The position numbers and the translations under genes were made by a program. This document shows positions 26,808 through 37,263 of a stretch of DNA of 64,000 nucleotides, in pieces; the first letter of the stretch is position 1; each line of letters starts with the position of its first letter. Origin of the DNA: Sulfurospirillaceae bacterium (GTDB lineage: Bacteria; Campylobacterota; Campylobacteria; Campylobacterales; Sulfurospirillaceae); contig JAWVXD010000004.1 in NCBI GenBank assembly GCA_033723415.1, forward strand, positions 96,001 through 160,000, read 5' to 3'. The notes beneath the pieces were generated by a model, which searched no databases, had not been told where the DNA came from, and worked only from the letters and a program-made list of their open reading frames with translations.

Positions 26808-27731
26808 TTAAATCTTTCCTTCTTTTTTCAATTTTTTATAATAAGAAGAGTGCATGTATTTCACTTCATCTTCTTCTTTATAGCCATCTTTCATACTTTT
26901 GAGTGAACCTTTTATAGCAAATACCGACATATAAATATGTGTCAGGAACAATGCCAAAACAGCAAAACCCAAGATATTATGAATAATAGCGCTTAGTCTC
27001 AACAAGTCGATCTGAGTCATACCTAGAGTACTAGCTATGCCTAGATCAAAATTTTGAAAGAACATGGCACCGCCTGTGAGTATCATGACAATACCGCCAA
27101 GTGTCGCTATCCAAAACCACGTCTTTTGCCCGGCGTTGAATTTTCCGGCTGGAATCATCTCTTTACTTTTTGTCAAATATCCACCGGCCATAAACAGCCA
27201 TTTGATATCATCAAACGAAATGATCATATCTTTGAACCAAGATATCAGCATAGGAATGACAGCTACTATAAAAACAGGCGTAAATATCGCATGGAAGTGT
27301 CTTGCTTCTGTTATAAACTCTCCTCCGCCAAAGTATTTACCGAAAACCATCAGTAACCCTGTCGGGATCAAGACTATAAAAGCAATAGCAGCTATCCAAT
27401 GAGAAATCCTATTTAAAATAGTAAAAAAGTATATCCTTTTACCACCATGTGAAAAACTCTTTGCACCTATTATAAGGTAATGAAGAAGGAAAACCAAAGG
27501 CACGCCAATGAGAATTCCTAAAAAGATCACCCTAAAATAGTGGGCTTGGAGATATGTAAACAAATCTCCAAATCTTCGATAACTGAGTATATCTGTTATC
27601 ATTTGAGAGGAGACTAAAAGGTCTCCTCCATGCCCCGGAGCAATATCTTTAGATGCCAATGGTACTTTGCCCGCTAATTCCCCAGCAAAAGAACCGAGTA
27701 TGCTAAGGCTAAGTAATATTAATTTTTTCAT
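26808..27731 (-). CDS. fdhC: Formate dehydrogenase cytochrome b (gamma) subunit
   Basis: RISHWIAA, ARHFHA, PAGKFNAGQK, IIHN, THIYMS; TM helices; follows fdhB. Confidence 0.92.
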   Translation of the reverse strand: MKKLILLSLSILGSFAGELAGKVPLASKDIAPGHGGDLLVSSQMITDILSYRRFGDLFTYLQAHYFRVIFLGILIGVPLVFLLHYLIIGAKSFSHGGKRIYFFTILNRISHWIAAIAFIVLIPTGLLMVFGKYFGGGEFITEARHFHAIFTPVFIVAVIPMLISWFKDMIISFDDIKWLFMAGGYLTKSKEMIPAGKFNAGQKTWFWIATLGGIVMILTGGAMFFQNFDLGIASTLGMTQIDLLRLSAIIHNILGFAVLALFLTHIYMSVFAIKGSLKSMKDGYKEEDEVKYMHSSYYKKLKKEGKI

Positions 27732-27744
27732 GACATCCCTTTAA

Positions 27745-28344
27745 TTAATCTTTGTATGCTACGCCCCAGCCATTTGGAACCGACTGGACACCATGTCCTC
27801 TTGATGCTACACGCTCACGGTAGATCTTTGCAACGCTCTCGCCATCTCCGACCAAAAGAGCTTTTGTGGAACACATCGCAGCACAAACAGGAACTTTACC
27901 CTCAGCGATACGGTTTTGTCCATAAAGCTGTCTCTCTTTTGCAGAGTTTGTAGGCTCAGGTCCACCGGCACACATAGTACATTTATCCATAGCACCCTTA
28001 GTTCCAAAAGCACCGTCTCTTGGAAATTGTGGAGCACCAAACGGACAAGCATATAGACAATATCCACATCCTATACAAATATTCTTATCATGAAGCACTA
28101 TTCCGTCTTCTCTTATATAAAAACAATTTACAGGACATACTTGAGCACAAGGTGCGTCAGTACAATGCATACATGCCATCGAAGTAGAGAATTCTTTTCC
28201 CTCGACCCCTTCATTTAATGTCACTACCTTTCTTCTACTGATTCCAACTGGGAGCTCATGTGCTTCCGCACACGCAACGCTACATCCATCACAATCAATA
28301 CATCTGGCTTCATCGCAATAAAATTTCATTCTTGCATAACTCAT
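27745..28344 (-). CDS. fdhB: Formate dehydrogenase iron-sulfur (beta) subunit
   Basis: CIDCDGCSVAC, CMHCTDAPCAQVCP, CIGCGYCLYACP, KCTMC, PVCAAMC. Confidence 0.95.
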   Translation of the reverse strand: MSYARMKFYCDEARCIDCDGCSVACAEAHELPVGISRRKVVTLNEGVEGKEFSTSMACMHCTDAPCAQVCPVNCFYIREDGIVLHDKNICIGCGYCLYACPFGAPQFPRDGAFGTKGAMDKCTMCAGGPEPTNSAKERQLYGQNRIAEGKVPVCAAMCSTKALLVGDGESVAKIYRERVASRGHGVQSVPNGWGVAYKD

Positions 28345-28354
28345 TTCACACCCC

Positions 28355-31186
28355 CTACGCTTTTTCTATGCGACATAGGCCGCCTTTTGTCTCAGGGAGC
28401 TGAGTAACAATGTCGTAACCATAATTGGTAACAGTATTTGCACTCTCACCGACTGCATAAGGCTTATGCCCCTCTGGATAATGTGCGCTTCTGTCTTCGC
28501 CTTGGAAATATCCGGCAAAGTGCATCGGCAAGAAAATCCTATCTTCACTCACGCTATAAGAAAAGTGAGCTTTAACTTTGATTTTAGAGCCTTCCGGTGA
28601 ATGAACCCACATCATATCCCCATTACGGATACCATGATCTGCTGCAAGACTTGGATGTATATCACAGAACATCTCAGGAGAGAGTGCTGCGAGATATTTT
28701 GATGACCTTGTCTCAACACCGGCACCATTCATATTTACGAGCCTTCCGGTAATCAAGTTGACTGGGAATTTCTTACTCCAATCTTCCTCATTTTGAACAC
28801 TGGCATATCTCGTATCGACCCTAAAGTGGTTCGGTTTATCTGCATAAGTCGGATACTCTTTAACAAGATCCTGTCTTGGTGAATGCAGTGGTTCTCTGTG
28901 CATTGGAATTTGATCAGGGAATGTCCAAACAATCGCACGAGCTTTTGCATTTCCATAAGGTGCAATTCCAGCTTGCATACATTTTTCTGCAATGATGTTA
29001 CTTGTGTCAACCTTCCAGTTAGCGCCAATTTTTTTCTTCTCGCTATCTGTTAGCTTGATTTTAAGAACTTTTTCAATATTTTTTGCCGTGATCTCTGGGT
29101 AACCTCCTGGCTCTACGGATCCTTTTGGAGCCGAGCCTTTTCCGGCCAACAGATCAACGCCGTTTCGCTCAAGACCAAATCGGTTTCTAAATCCCATACC
29201 GCCCTCAGCAACTGATCTATTAATGTCATATAGTATCGGGCTTCCAGAATGGGTTTCAGTCCAACAAGGCCAAGGCAATCCATAGTATTCACCTTTCATC
29301 GGTCCATATCCCATCAGAGTTATCTGGTCGAACTGATCCCAATTTTCTTGATGTTTTTTGAGTCGCGCAGAAGTCCAACCGGTAAGTCCGATGGTTTTGA
29401 TGATTCTAGCGAACTCATCCGTTGCATCTTCAGGCCATTTGAACGTTTTTTTGTTTTCTTTCATCAACATACCCTTGGTCAGTTGATCATAAAATCCTAA
29501 TTTTTTGGCGAGTTCAAACATGACCTCTTGATCCGGTTTGCTTTCATACATAGGTTCGATGATCTGACTTCTCCATTGAGCTGAACGGTTTGTTGCAGTA
29601 ACACAGCCGCTTGTTTCAAATTGACTTGATGCTGGAAGTAAGAAAACATTGTCTTTTTTATCCGTTAAGACGACTGCTTCATTCACAAATGGATCGGCAA
29701 TGACGAGTAACTCTAGATTATCAAGAGCTTCTTTGACTTTTGCCTGCTGATCGATTGAAGTGATACCATTACCCATGACGACAAGAGCTTTAAGATTTGT
29801 ACCTCCGTTGTGGATCTTGTCTTCACCGGCTTTTCCGGCTAATACTCCCGCCCACCATCGAGCTAGAGAGAATCCTTTGGAGTTCATCATTTTTTTGTCT
29901 TTAAATCTACCTTTTAGCCACTCGTAGTCAACGCCCCATGATTTTGCAAAATATTTCCATGAACCGTCACTTAATCCATAGTAACCTGGAAGTGTATCTG
30001 CTAGACAAGCTAGATCCGTAGCGCCTTGAACATTATCATGACCACGAAGGATGTTTGCTCCACCGCCTTCTACGCCGATGTTGCCAAGTGCTAGTTGTAA
30101 GATCGGTGCTATACGTGTATTTGAGCTACCGATACTGTGCTGAGTCAATCCCATAGCCCAAAGCAATGTACCCGGAGTAGATTTAGCATAGACTCTTGTA
30201 ATCTGCATTAATTTTTCAGCCGGAACACCCGTGACATTTTCTACTCTATCAGGAGTCCATTTTGCTGCTTCTTTTTTGATTTCATCCATGCCGTAAACAC
30301 GGTCATTGATGTATTCTTGATTTTCCCAACCGTTTTTAAAGATTATATTTAGCATACCGTACATAAACGCTATGTCTGTACCAGGTCGGATTCTTGCATA
30401 TAGATCAGCTTTGGCAGCTGTTCTTGTAAATCTTGGATCGATAACGATCAATTGTGCATTATTTCTCTCTTTTGCTAACAAAAGATGTCTAAACCCTACT
30501 GGATGGTTTACCGCAGGATTTGCTCCAAAAATAATGATAGCTTTAGCATTTTGAATATCATTCATCGAATTCGTCATAGCGCCATAACCCCATGTATTCG
30601 CCACACCGGCGACTGTTGTGCTATGTCAAATTCTAGCTTGATGGTCTATATTATTTGTTCCAAACATTGCGGCAAACTTTCTAAAATAGTAAGCTTGCTC
30701 ATTGTTAAATTTTGCTGAACCTAAAAATTGAACGGAATCGGGTCCACTTGTCTTTCTTAGATCTTCCAGTTTTTTAGAAATACGATCAAGTGCTGTATCC
30801 CAACTGATGCGTTTCCACTGTCCGTTTTCTTTTACCATCGGATATCTAAGTCTTGCTTCTGCTCTGATCATATCGATCATGTCAGCACCTTTACAGCAAT
30901 GTCCACCTAAACTAACAGGGTGGTCTTGCGCTACCTCTTGTCTTACCCAAACACCGTTTTGAACCTCAGCTATAACACCGCAACCTACTGAACATGAGGT
31001 ACAGATTGTTTTTACAAGCTTAGATCCCGGGAATGGGTTTTTAACCTCTTCCTCCGTTGCCGCTCTTGTCACATCTCCACTTGCAAATGCAGAAGTGGCG
31101 CCAAACGCACCGGCAACTGCTGCCATCTTGAGAAATGATCTACGGCCAATTCTGGTAGAAAGAGCATTTTGAGTGGTATCTTTCAT
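28355..31186 (-). CDS. fdhA: Formate dehydrogenase alpha subunit, Tat-exported, selenocysteine-containing (~943 aa, Sec at codon 187)
   Basis: Tat motif GRRSFLK; CTSCSVGC...HCCKG; DHQARI-U(TGA 30626-30628)-HSTTVAGVANTWGYGAMTN joins ORFs 30626-31192 and 28355-30604 in frame; LRGHDNVQGATD; ATG 31186 lies 8 nt from SD AGGAGG. Confidence 0.96.
30598..30628 (-). promoter_or_regulatory. Bacterial SECIS-like hairpin of fdhA
   Basis: UGA-CAUAGCACAACAG(13 nt)-UCGCC-GGUGU-GGCGA. Confidence 0.7.
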
Positions 31187-31205
31187 ACTCAATGCCTCCT
31201 AATTA

Positions 31206-31406
31206 CTATAAAGCTCCGTGGTAGTATTCTTCCCAAGCTTTAGTTTTCTTGTAGAGTATCTCTTTTTTATTAGAGTGTCCTACAACAACGCCATTTGAAC
31301 TGTATGCATCACTTTTCGTAGCTGCTGTTGCAGCAACCGTACCCGCTGCACTGAGTGCACCGACGACGGCAGCTTTCTTCAAAAAGCTACGTCTTTTCTC
31401 TTCCAT
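31206..31406 (-). CDS. Small twin-arginine-signal protein of the fdh operon (Cj1513c-like)
   Basis: KRRSFLKKAA Tat motif; GVVVGHSNKKEILYKKTKAWEEYY; SD GAGGAGG. Confidence 0.85.
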   Translation of the reverse strand: MEEKRRSFLKKAAVVGALSAAGTVAATAATKSDAYSSNGVVVGHSNKKEILYKKTKAWEEYYHGAL

Positions 31407-31530
31407 ACTGTCCTCCTCGCTAAGATTTACTTCTTGCCATCAAGAAGTTTTGAAAAACAATGACATTTGTCTTTCAAAACTTCTATCTTACTTCTTCATG
31501 TTAAGCAAAGCTTAACATGAACGGATATGT

Positions 31531-32301
31531 CTATATATCAAGATCTTCTGTACTTGAAGCTTCTTCCATACTGCAAGATGTAAGCAGTGCGTCCGCTTCT
31601 CTTTTAGCTTTATTCTCAGCTCTTCTTTGAGCCTCAGCTTCACTAATATACTCGTCTTGTTCGACTTTTTTTACAATTTTTTCTTTTGGTTGCGGCTTAC
31701 GAACATCAAAATATAATCTTTCAAATTCCATAAAAGCATTGCAAACTATTGCTAAAGATTTATAGGCATCTGATTTTTCATGTTCATATAAATTTACTAT
31801 AAACTCATCAAAAAATTCATTGATAACTTCTACAAAAAGACAATGCTGTACGCTCTCATACTGTTTTTCTCCTGCCATGATAAGTTCTATCAACTCATGC
31901 ATAAATGTTACGAGAAAACCGACGCTGTCTTCATTGTCCTTAAATACTGTTTCATTTCTCCTAATCCTGGTCTTTGCTAAAAAATTTTTTACTTCAACTC
32001 TTTTTTTACCGCTTTCCACGCCCTCATCATAATAACTTGCGGTATCTCTGATCGTTCGTGTTTCCGGATTATGAAAAATATCGTCATATTCATCGGCAAG
32101 TCTTTCTAGGCCGCGCTCTTCTATAAATTCTTTAACTTCTTTTAACGCTTCACAAGAATTTTCATCCAAAGGATTTGCTATCAATATATCCAATGCTTCA
32201 ACTACACCTTCATAACGATCCTCTTTTGTCGTAAATACAAACATTTTACTCATAAGACCATAATATATAGATCTAGCCGGATTCACTGATTCATGATTCA
32301 T
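31531..32301 (-). CDS. TorD/DmsD-family molybdoenzyme maturation chaperone
   Basis: ARSIYYGLMS, EYDDIF, ASYYDEGVESG, NEDSVGF; directly upstream of the fdh structural genes; start placed at ATG 32301. Confidence 0.85.
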   Translation of the reverse strand: MNHESVNPARSIYYGLMSKMFVFTTKEDRYEGVVEALDILIANPLDENSCEALKEVKEFIEERGLERLADEYDDIFHNPETRTIRDTASYYDEGVESGKKRVEVKNFLAKTRIRRNETVFKDNEDSVGFLVTFMHELIELIMAGEKQYESVQHCLFVEVINEFFDEFIVNLYEHEKSDAYKSLAIVCNAFMEFERLYFDVRKPQPKEKIVKKVEQDEYISEAEAQRRAENKAKREADALLTSCSMEEASSTEDLDI

Positions 32302-32562
32302 AAATTTCTTCCTCTCTCTCAAGGTTCTATTGCTTGACTCAAAATGTGTATTTAGATTTTAATACATCTTCTACAATTTGGTCAACTGTTATTTTCCAAT
32401 TATAAGTTTATAACCTTTAAAGTTTTATTAATTTTTTAACTGGAATATCGTTTTAAAGGGAGCTTAGAGTGAGTTTTGAGTTATTTTTTGTGGTAAATTT
32501 TATTGGTAAAAATAATTTTTTATTTTTTGTTTTTTTTGTTTTGCCCATCTTGTCGAGCGTTC

Positions 32563-32589
32563 ATTAATATGCAAAAATTGCATATTAAT
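32563..32589. promoter_or_regulatory. Candidate ModE-like operator, copy 3 (perfect palindrome upstream of the fdh operon)
   Basis: ATTAATATGCAA-aaa-TTGCATATTAAT; 32566-32588 is 22/23 identical to the reverse complement of 25128-25150. Confidence 0.6.
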
Positions 32590-32664
32590 TTTCAATATAT
32601 AAAATTTGTCCACAACATTTTTTAGAACATTATGGACAAATTTACACAAAAGATTCATAAAATC

Positions 32665-34350
32665 TTATGCATTACTCCTAAGTTTCATTTGTTCATCGAG
32701 TCTTGCTTGCAAAAGTATTTTTGGTTTACACTCGGCGCAGCAATAGAGTGTTCTTATCTTCAGCTCATCACCTTTGAACATCGGAGTCATCATCTCAGCT
32801 ATTTTATTCACGGCTTTTGTAGGTGCAAACTCTTTTCCACACTCAACGCAAGCAAACAATTCATCTTTTGCCATGATATTTTGTTTAAAGTATGACGGAT
32901 TCAGTGATATTTCATCTCTTATGACGCTAAGACAGTCATTTTCAGGACAACTCACCTCACAATACGTACAATTGGTACAAATGGAAGGATTAAATCTTAG
33001 AGAATTATCTTCAGGATGTGCGGTTAGTGCTCTGACATTACAAGCTCCCACGCAACTAAGACACAGTGTACAATTGGCTTCGTTGATCACGACATTTCCA
33101 TAGTGTATGTGTTCTCCTGTTTTGACCACGCCTAGATCATCATCGCCGACTAGGTGAGCAAGTCTGGCTGAAAAGATCTCTCGCTTTCTCAAGCCCTCTT
33201 CATTGATACCGTATTTACACTCTGGTATGGATTGCATTTTTGAAAAAATCTCTTCCAGTCCCTTAGTATCTTCACAAATGTATATAGCTGTTTTATGGTA
33301 TTTTCGCTCAAATATTTCATTAACGATCCGAATAGCATCTCCGGTACCTTTTGATATGAAGTCCGTATAAAAGATGACAGGATTACCGCTTGTCTGAAGC
33401 AGTGTCATTAGATGCGCTTCATGTAGATATTTTTCACCCTCTATCATAAAAGGTAAAACATTTTCACTCAGCTGTACATCTATAGCATCCAGATTCATTT
33501 TTGAAGGGATCATAAGTGCAATACTATCTTCAAAATAAGAGCTTATCTTGGTAAATGCAAGACGAGGCATCTGGGTATAATCAAGTGCTCCACTCGGGCA
33601 GACACTGATGCATCCCCCGCATCCATGACAGTCAATATGAGAGAATGCCAAATGCTTGGTTTCATCTTCTTTTAAAATCGCAACGGTAGGACATACCTCA
33701 GCACATTTACCGCAGATCTCTTCTCTTCGCTCATGATATTGACAGATAGATGAATCATAAGTTATAAAGTTTTTATATTTATATCCGTCAAGATTATTCA
33801 AAGTTATTGTGAGAGCTTCATCGAATCCTAAAATATTTGGATCATAAGTACCGCTTTGTTTCATCGCAAAACCAGGTGCATCTCCCCAGACAATCTGGTC
33901 GCACTCGATCACGTACTCTTCATCATTTTTTTGTATAGTTACGGTTAATTTTCCTATATGCCCCTCAACATCAGTGATCATCTCCGGAGCCAAAGTAATC
34001 GCCGTAAAATTTTCATTTTCTAAAAATTTTGCATACTTTTCTTGATTTTCATCGCTTGTAACTATTAGTAACTTTGTACCTACTTTTTCTTCATAATCAA
34101 TATATTGGGCAAAATCAAAATTATCAGCTCTAATATCGTAAAGCTTTGTTATATTTGCAATCTTTTTGCTGATGTCATCTGCAGAATTTTTGATATAGAA
34201 GTTGATCTCCGGAGCATAGATTTGAGTATTATTGATCGCTTCATTTGATACTAAATAATCACTTTCATCACTCTCATTCAATACTGTTATACTTTCATCT
34301 AGTGGGAAATCCAACTTTTCTTTTGTGAGAAATAAATATTCGTTTTGCAT
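32665..34350 (-). CDS. Polyferredoxin / multi-4Fe-4S protein associated with fdh
   Basis: CGKCAEVCP, CHGCGGCISVCP, CTLCLSCVGAC, CTNCTYCEVSCP, CVECGK, CCAECK. Confidence 0.88.
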   Translation of the reverse strand: MQNEYLFLTKEKLDFPLDESITVLNESDESDYLVSNEAINNTQIYAPEINFYIKNSADDISKKIANITKLYDIRADNFDFAQYIDYEEKVGTKLLIVTSDENQEKYAKFLENENFTAITLAPEMITDVEGHIGKLTVTIQKNDEEYVIECDQIVWGDAPGFAMKQSGTYDPNILGFDEALTITLNNLDGYKYKNFITYDSSICQYHERREEICGKCAEVCPTVAILKEDETKHLAFSHIDCHGCGGCISVCPSGALDYTQMPRLAFTKISSYFEDSIALMIPSKMNLDAIDVQLSENVLPFMIEGEKYLHEAHLMTLLQTSGNPVIFYTDFISKGTGDAIRIVNEIFERKYHKTAIYICEDTKGLEEIFSKMQSIPECKYGINEEGLRKREIFSARLAHLVGDDDLGVVKTGEHIHYGNVVINEANCTLCLSCVGACNVRALTAHPEDNSLRFNPSICTNCTYCEVSCPENDCLSVIRDEISLNPSYFKQNIMAKDELFACVECGKEFAPTKAVNKIAEMMTPMFKGDELKIRTLYCCAECKPKILLQARLDEQMKLRSNA

Positions 34351-34506
34351 TTTTCTTATCGCCTTTGGTCAAAGTTTATTGACTAAATTGTAAATCTTTT
34401 TGAATTAATACCTCCTTAAAAAGATAATCATCATCCTTTTCGAATCAATGCTATTTAAAAAATTTTAAGCTATAATAATTTTCATCGTTTCCAAAGGAAA
34501 GTAATT

Positions 34507-35664
34507 TTGGTAAAGAAAAGTTATATAGCCTTTTTATTGTTCTTTATTGTATTGATCAGTTTTATCGGATACATTTTCATTGCTAAAACACAAGAACCTC
34601 ATGAAATCAAGCTGGGTGCTTCCTTACCACTTAGTGGCATCAACCAAAATTTAGGTGAAGAAATCGTTGTGGGAGCAAACACTTACTTTCACTATATCAA
34701 TAAAAAAGGCGGCATCAACGGTAAGAAAATAAAGTTCATCTACTATGATGACAAATACGAACCTGAAATCACTTGGTCAAACACAGAAAAACTTATAAAT
34801 AAAGATAAAGTATTTGCACTGTTTGATTTTGTAGGGACTCCTACAGTAAAAAAGATTATGCCGATTATCGAGCAGAGTAATATCCCTTTTATCGCACCAT
34901 ATACCGGTGCTTCCTTTTTAAGAAATCCAAACATAAAAAACATTGTAAATTTCAGAAGTTCCTATCAAGAGGAGATCAATGCACTTGTAGATTATTTGGT
35001 AAAAAACAAGATGTTTACAAAATTTTCTATATTTTATCAAAATGATGATTATGGGAAAGAGGGATATATCGCTTTATTAAATGCTTTAAAACAAAAAGGC
35101 TTGGATCTTCTCAGCGAAGGGACATATAAAAGAAATACACTATTTATAAAACAAGCTATCTACGATATAAAAGCAAAAGAACCTGAAGCTATCATACTCG
35201 TAGGTGCCTACAAGCCAACGGCAAGATTTATAAGAAAAGCCAGAAAAGACGACAGCTTTAAAGATACAATATTTTGTCCTATCTCCTTTGTAAATGCCAA
35301 TGCACTGACCCAGGAGTTACACAATAATGGTAAAAATCTACTCTTTTCTCAAACCGTTCCAACCTATACAAATAACACGCCGCAAGATCAAGAGTACTTA
35401 AGACTCCTAAGTATTTATTATCCAAATCATTCACCTACTTTTGCTTCATTTGAATCATTTTTGGCGGCTAAAGTGCTTGTCAACGCACTGAGTAAAATCA
35501 AAGGCGATATAAGCGCAAAAAAATTTTTGGAGAACATAAAAAGTTTGAATAGTACAACTTTAGGTGACATCAAGATACACTATAAAAATTCACAACTGTT
35601 AAATAGCGTATATCTACTGAAATTTGAAGACGAAAAATTTAAAACAATTTGTGAGACACAATGA
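34507..35664 (+). CDS. Membrane-anchored type-I (Leu/Ile/Val-like) periplasmic binding protein
   Basis: N-terminal TM; IKLGASLPLSG, GGINGKKI, DDKYEP, FVGTPT, YQNDDYGKEG; no permease or ATPase genes adjacent. Confidence 0.85.
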   Translation: MVKKSYIAFLLFFIVLISFIGYIFIAKTQEPHEIKLGASLPLSGINQNLGEEIVVGANTYFHYINKKGGINGKKIKFIYYDDKYEPEITWSNTEKLINKDKVFALFDFVGTPTVKKIMPIIEQSNIPFIAPYTGASFLRNPNIKNIVNFRSSYQEEINALVDYLVKNKMFTKFSIFYQNDDYGKEGYIALLNALKQKGLDLLSEGTYKRNTLFIKQAIYDIKAKEPEAIILVGAYKPTARFIRKARKDDSFKDTIFCPISFVNANALTQELHNNGKNLLFSQTVPTYTNNTPQDQEYLRLLSIYYPNHSPTFASFESFLAAKVLVNALSKIKGDISAKKFLENIKSLNSTTLGDIKIHYKNSQLLNSVYLLKFEDEKFKTICETQ

Positions 35665-37262
35665 AGTCTTTTATAGAACACGTAAATCAAAAATTAGAAA
35701 AAATAGCGTTTTCAAGTAAAACTAAAATTTTAATAATCACTATATTTGGCGGGACTCTTATAATCGGATTTTTGATGTTTATCTCTATATTTGCTCTCAA
35801 ATATGATTTTGAGGTTCTTTTCCAAAAACATACCGCTCCGCAAGTAAAACTAGAAGATATCAAAGATATCTACCAAGTCAATATCAAAGAGACCCTGAGT
35901 GCTGTCAAAAATCATCAAATCAGCAATCAAGAGGGTATCGAAGTCATACTTCTGGCAACACAAATCATCAAAAGACAATGGAGCGAATACAAACTCCAAT
36001 CCCAAAAAAAAATAGGTGGATTGCCTGAGTTTGCAAACAATTGGCTAAATTTCTTTTTGCCATCAAATGACGACTTAAAAAAGAGCGAATTTCAATCCAG
36101 GATCATTGATAATATCGAGAAGAAAATCAAAAGTATCGATGAGAAAACAGGGGCGTTGATACACTTTCTAAGAGAAAAACACAAACAAGGGATCTTGGAG
36201 AAAAAGATCGATGATATTATCTTGGAAACAAACTCCATAAGTATCTATCTCTCAAGCCTTATTACAAATAATCTACAAAGAGCCATCTCCAAAAAAGAAG
36301 CAAATGACAGACTTTTTACAACAAGCATATATATGCTTGCTCTGCTTATCGGTTTTACTTTTGCATTTGTAATTCTCGTATCTATTCTCATCATAAATAA
36401 CTTCAAGCAGTTACACTATTCACTTGAGGAAAATATACTACGAAAGACAAAAGAATTAAGACTTCTCAACAGTTCCCTAGAGAGTAGAATAAAAAGAGAA
36501 GTCGAGAATAGCAGAAAAAGAGACAATATCATGTTTCAACAAGCAAGACTTGCCAGGATGGGAGAAGTCCTACAGAACATTGCGCATCAGTGGAGACAGC
36601 CTTTGGGAGCGTTGATGATGATAGTGCAAGGTTTTCAAAGCAAATATCAGGCTGGAAAACTAGATGCCGAATTTATAGAAAGCAGAGTGGAAGATGCCCA
36701 AAAGATAGGAAAAAATATGTCTGATACTTTGGAGGATTTTAGAAACTTCTTTATGCCTAATCGAACCAAACAGATATTTGACGTAAATGAAGCAATCCAA
36801 AAAGCCATAGATCTCTCAAAGTACCAATTACAAAAAGAGTACATAGAGTTAACAAGCAAAATATCTGGTTCTATAAAACTGTACGGCTTTAAAAACGAAC
36901 TGATCCATGTAATACTAAATCTCATAAGCAATTCAAAAGACTCGCTCATAGCTCAACAGGATTTGAAGGAAAAAAAGATACTGATAATTTTAAAACAAAC
37001 AAGAAAAAACATAATCATAAGCGTTATAGACAATGGCGGCGGTATAAAAGATGATATAATATCCAAGATTTTTGACCCGTATTTCACGACAAAACACAAA
37101 AGTATCGGTACGGGAATCGGTCTTTACATGTCCAAGCAATTGGTTGAAAAACATATGAACGGTAAGATCAACTGCAAGAACATCATACATAGATTTGGGC
37201 AGAAAAAGTTTTTTCAATGCGCAATATTCAGCGTAGAACTACCGTTAAAAGGAGAGGAATAG
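35661..37262 (+). CDS. Sensor histidine kinase
   Basis: Two TM helices around a periplasmic domain; H-box IAHQWRQPL, N-box NLISNSKD, DNGGGI, FDPYFTTK, GTGIGL. Confidence 0.93.
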   Translation: MKSFIEHVNQKLEKIAFSSKTKILIITIFGGTLIIGFLMFISIFALKYDFEVLFQKHTAPQVKLEDIKDIYQVNIKETLSAVKNHQISNQEGIEVILLATQIIKRQWSEYKLQSQKKIGGLPEFANNWLNFFLPSNDDLKKSEFQSRIIDNIEKKIKSIDEKTGALIHFLREKHKQGILEKKIDDIILETNSISIYLSSLITNNLQRAISKKEANDRLFTTSIYMLALLIGFTFAFVILVSILIINNFKQLHYSLEENILRKTKELRLLNSSLESRIKREVENSRKRDNIMFQQARLARMGEVLQNIAHQWRQPLGALMMIVQGFQSKYQAGKLDAEFIESRVEDAQKIGKNMSDTLEDFRNFFMPNRTKQIFDVNEAIQKAIDLSKYQLQKEYIELTSKISGSIKLYGFKNELIHVILNLISNSKDSLIAQQDLKEKKILIILKQTRKNIIISVIDNGGGIKDDIISKIFDPYFTTKHKSIGTGIGLYMSKQLVEKHMNGKINCKNIIHRFGQKKFFQCAIFSVELPLKGEE

Positions 37263-37263
37263 A

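Noticed and set aside
28355..31192. fdhA as a pseudogene or as two genes (ORFs 30626-31192 and 28355-30604)
   Set aside because: The break is a single in-frame TGA at the catalytic Cys/Sec position, followed by a SECIS-like hairpin, and selA, selB and selD are present.
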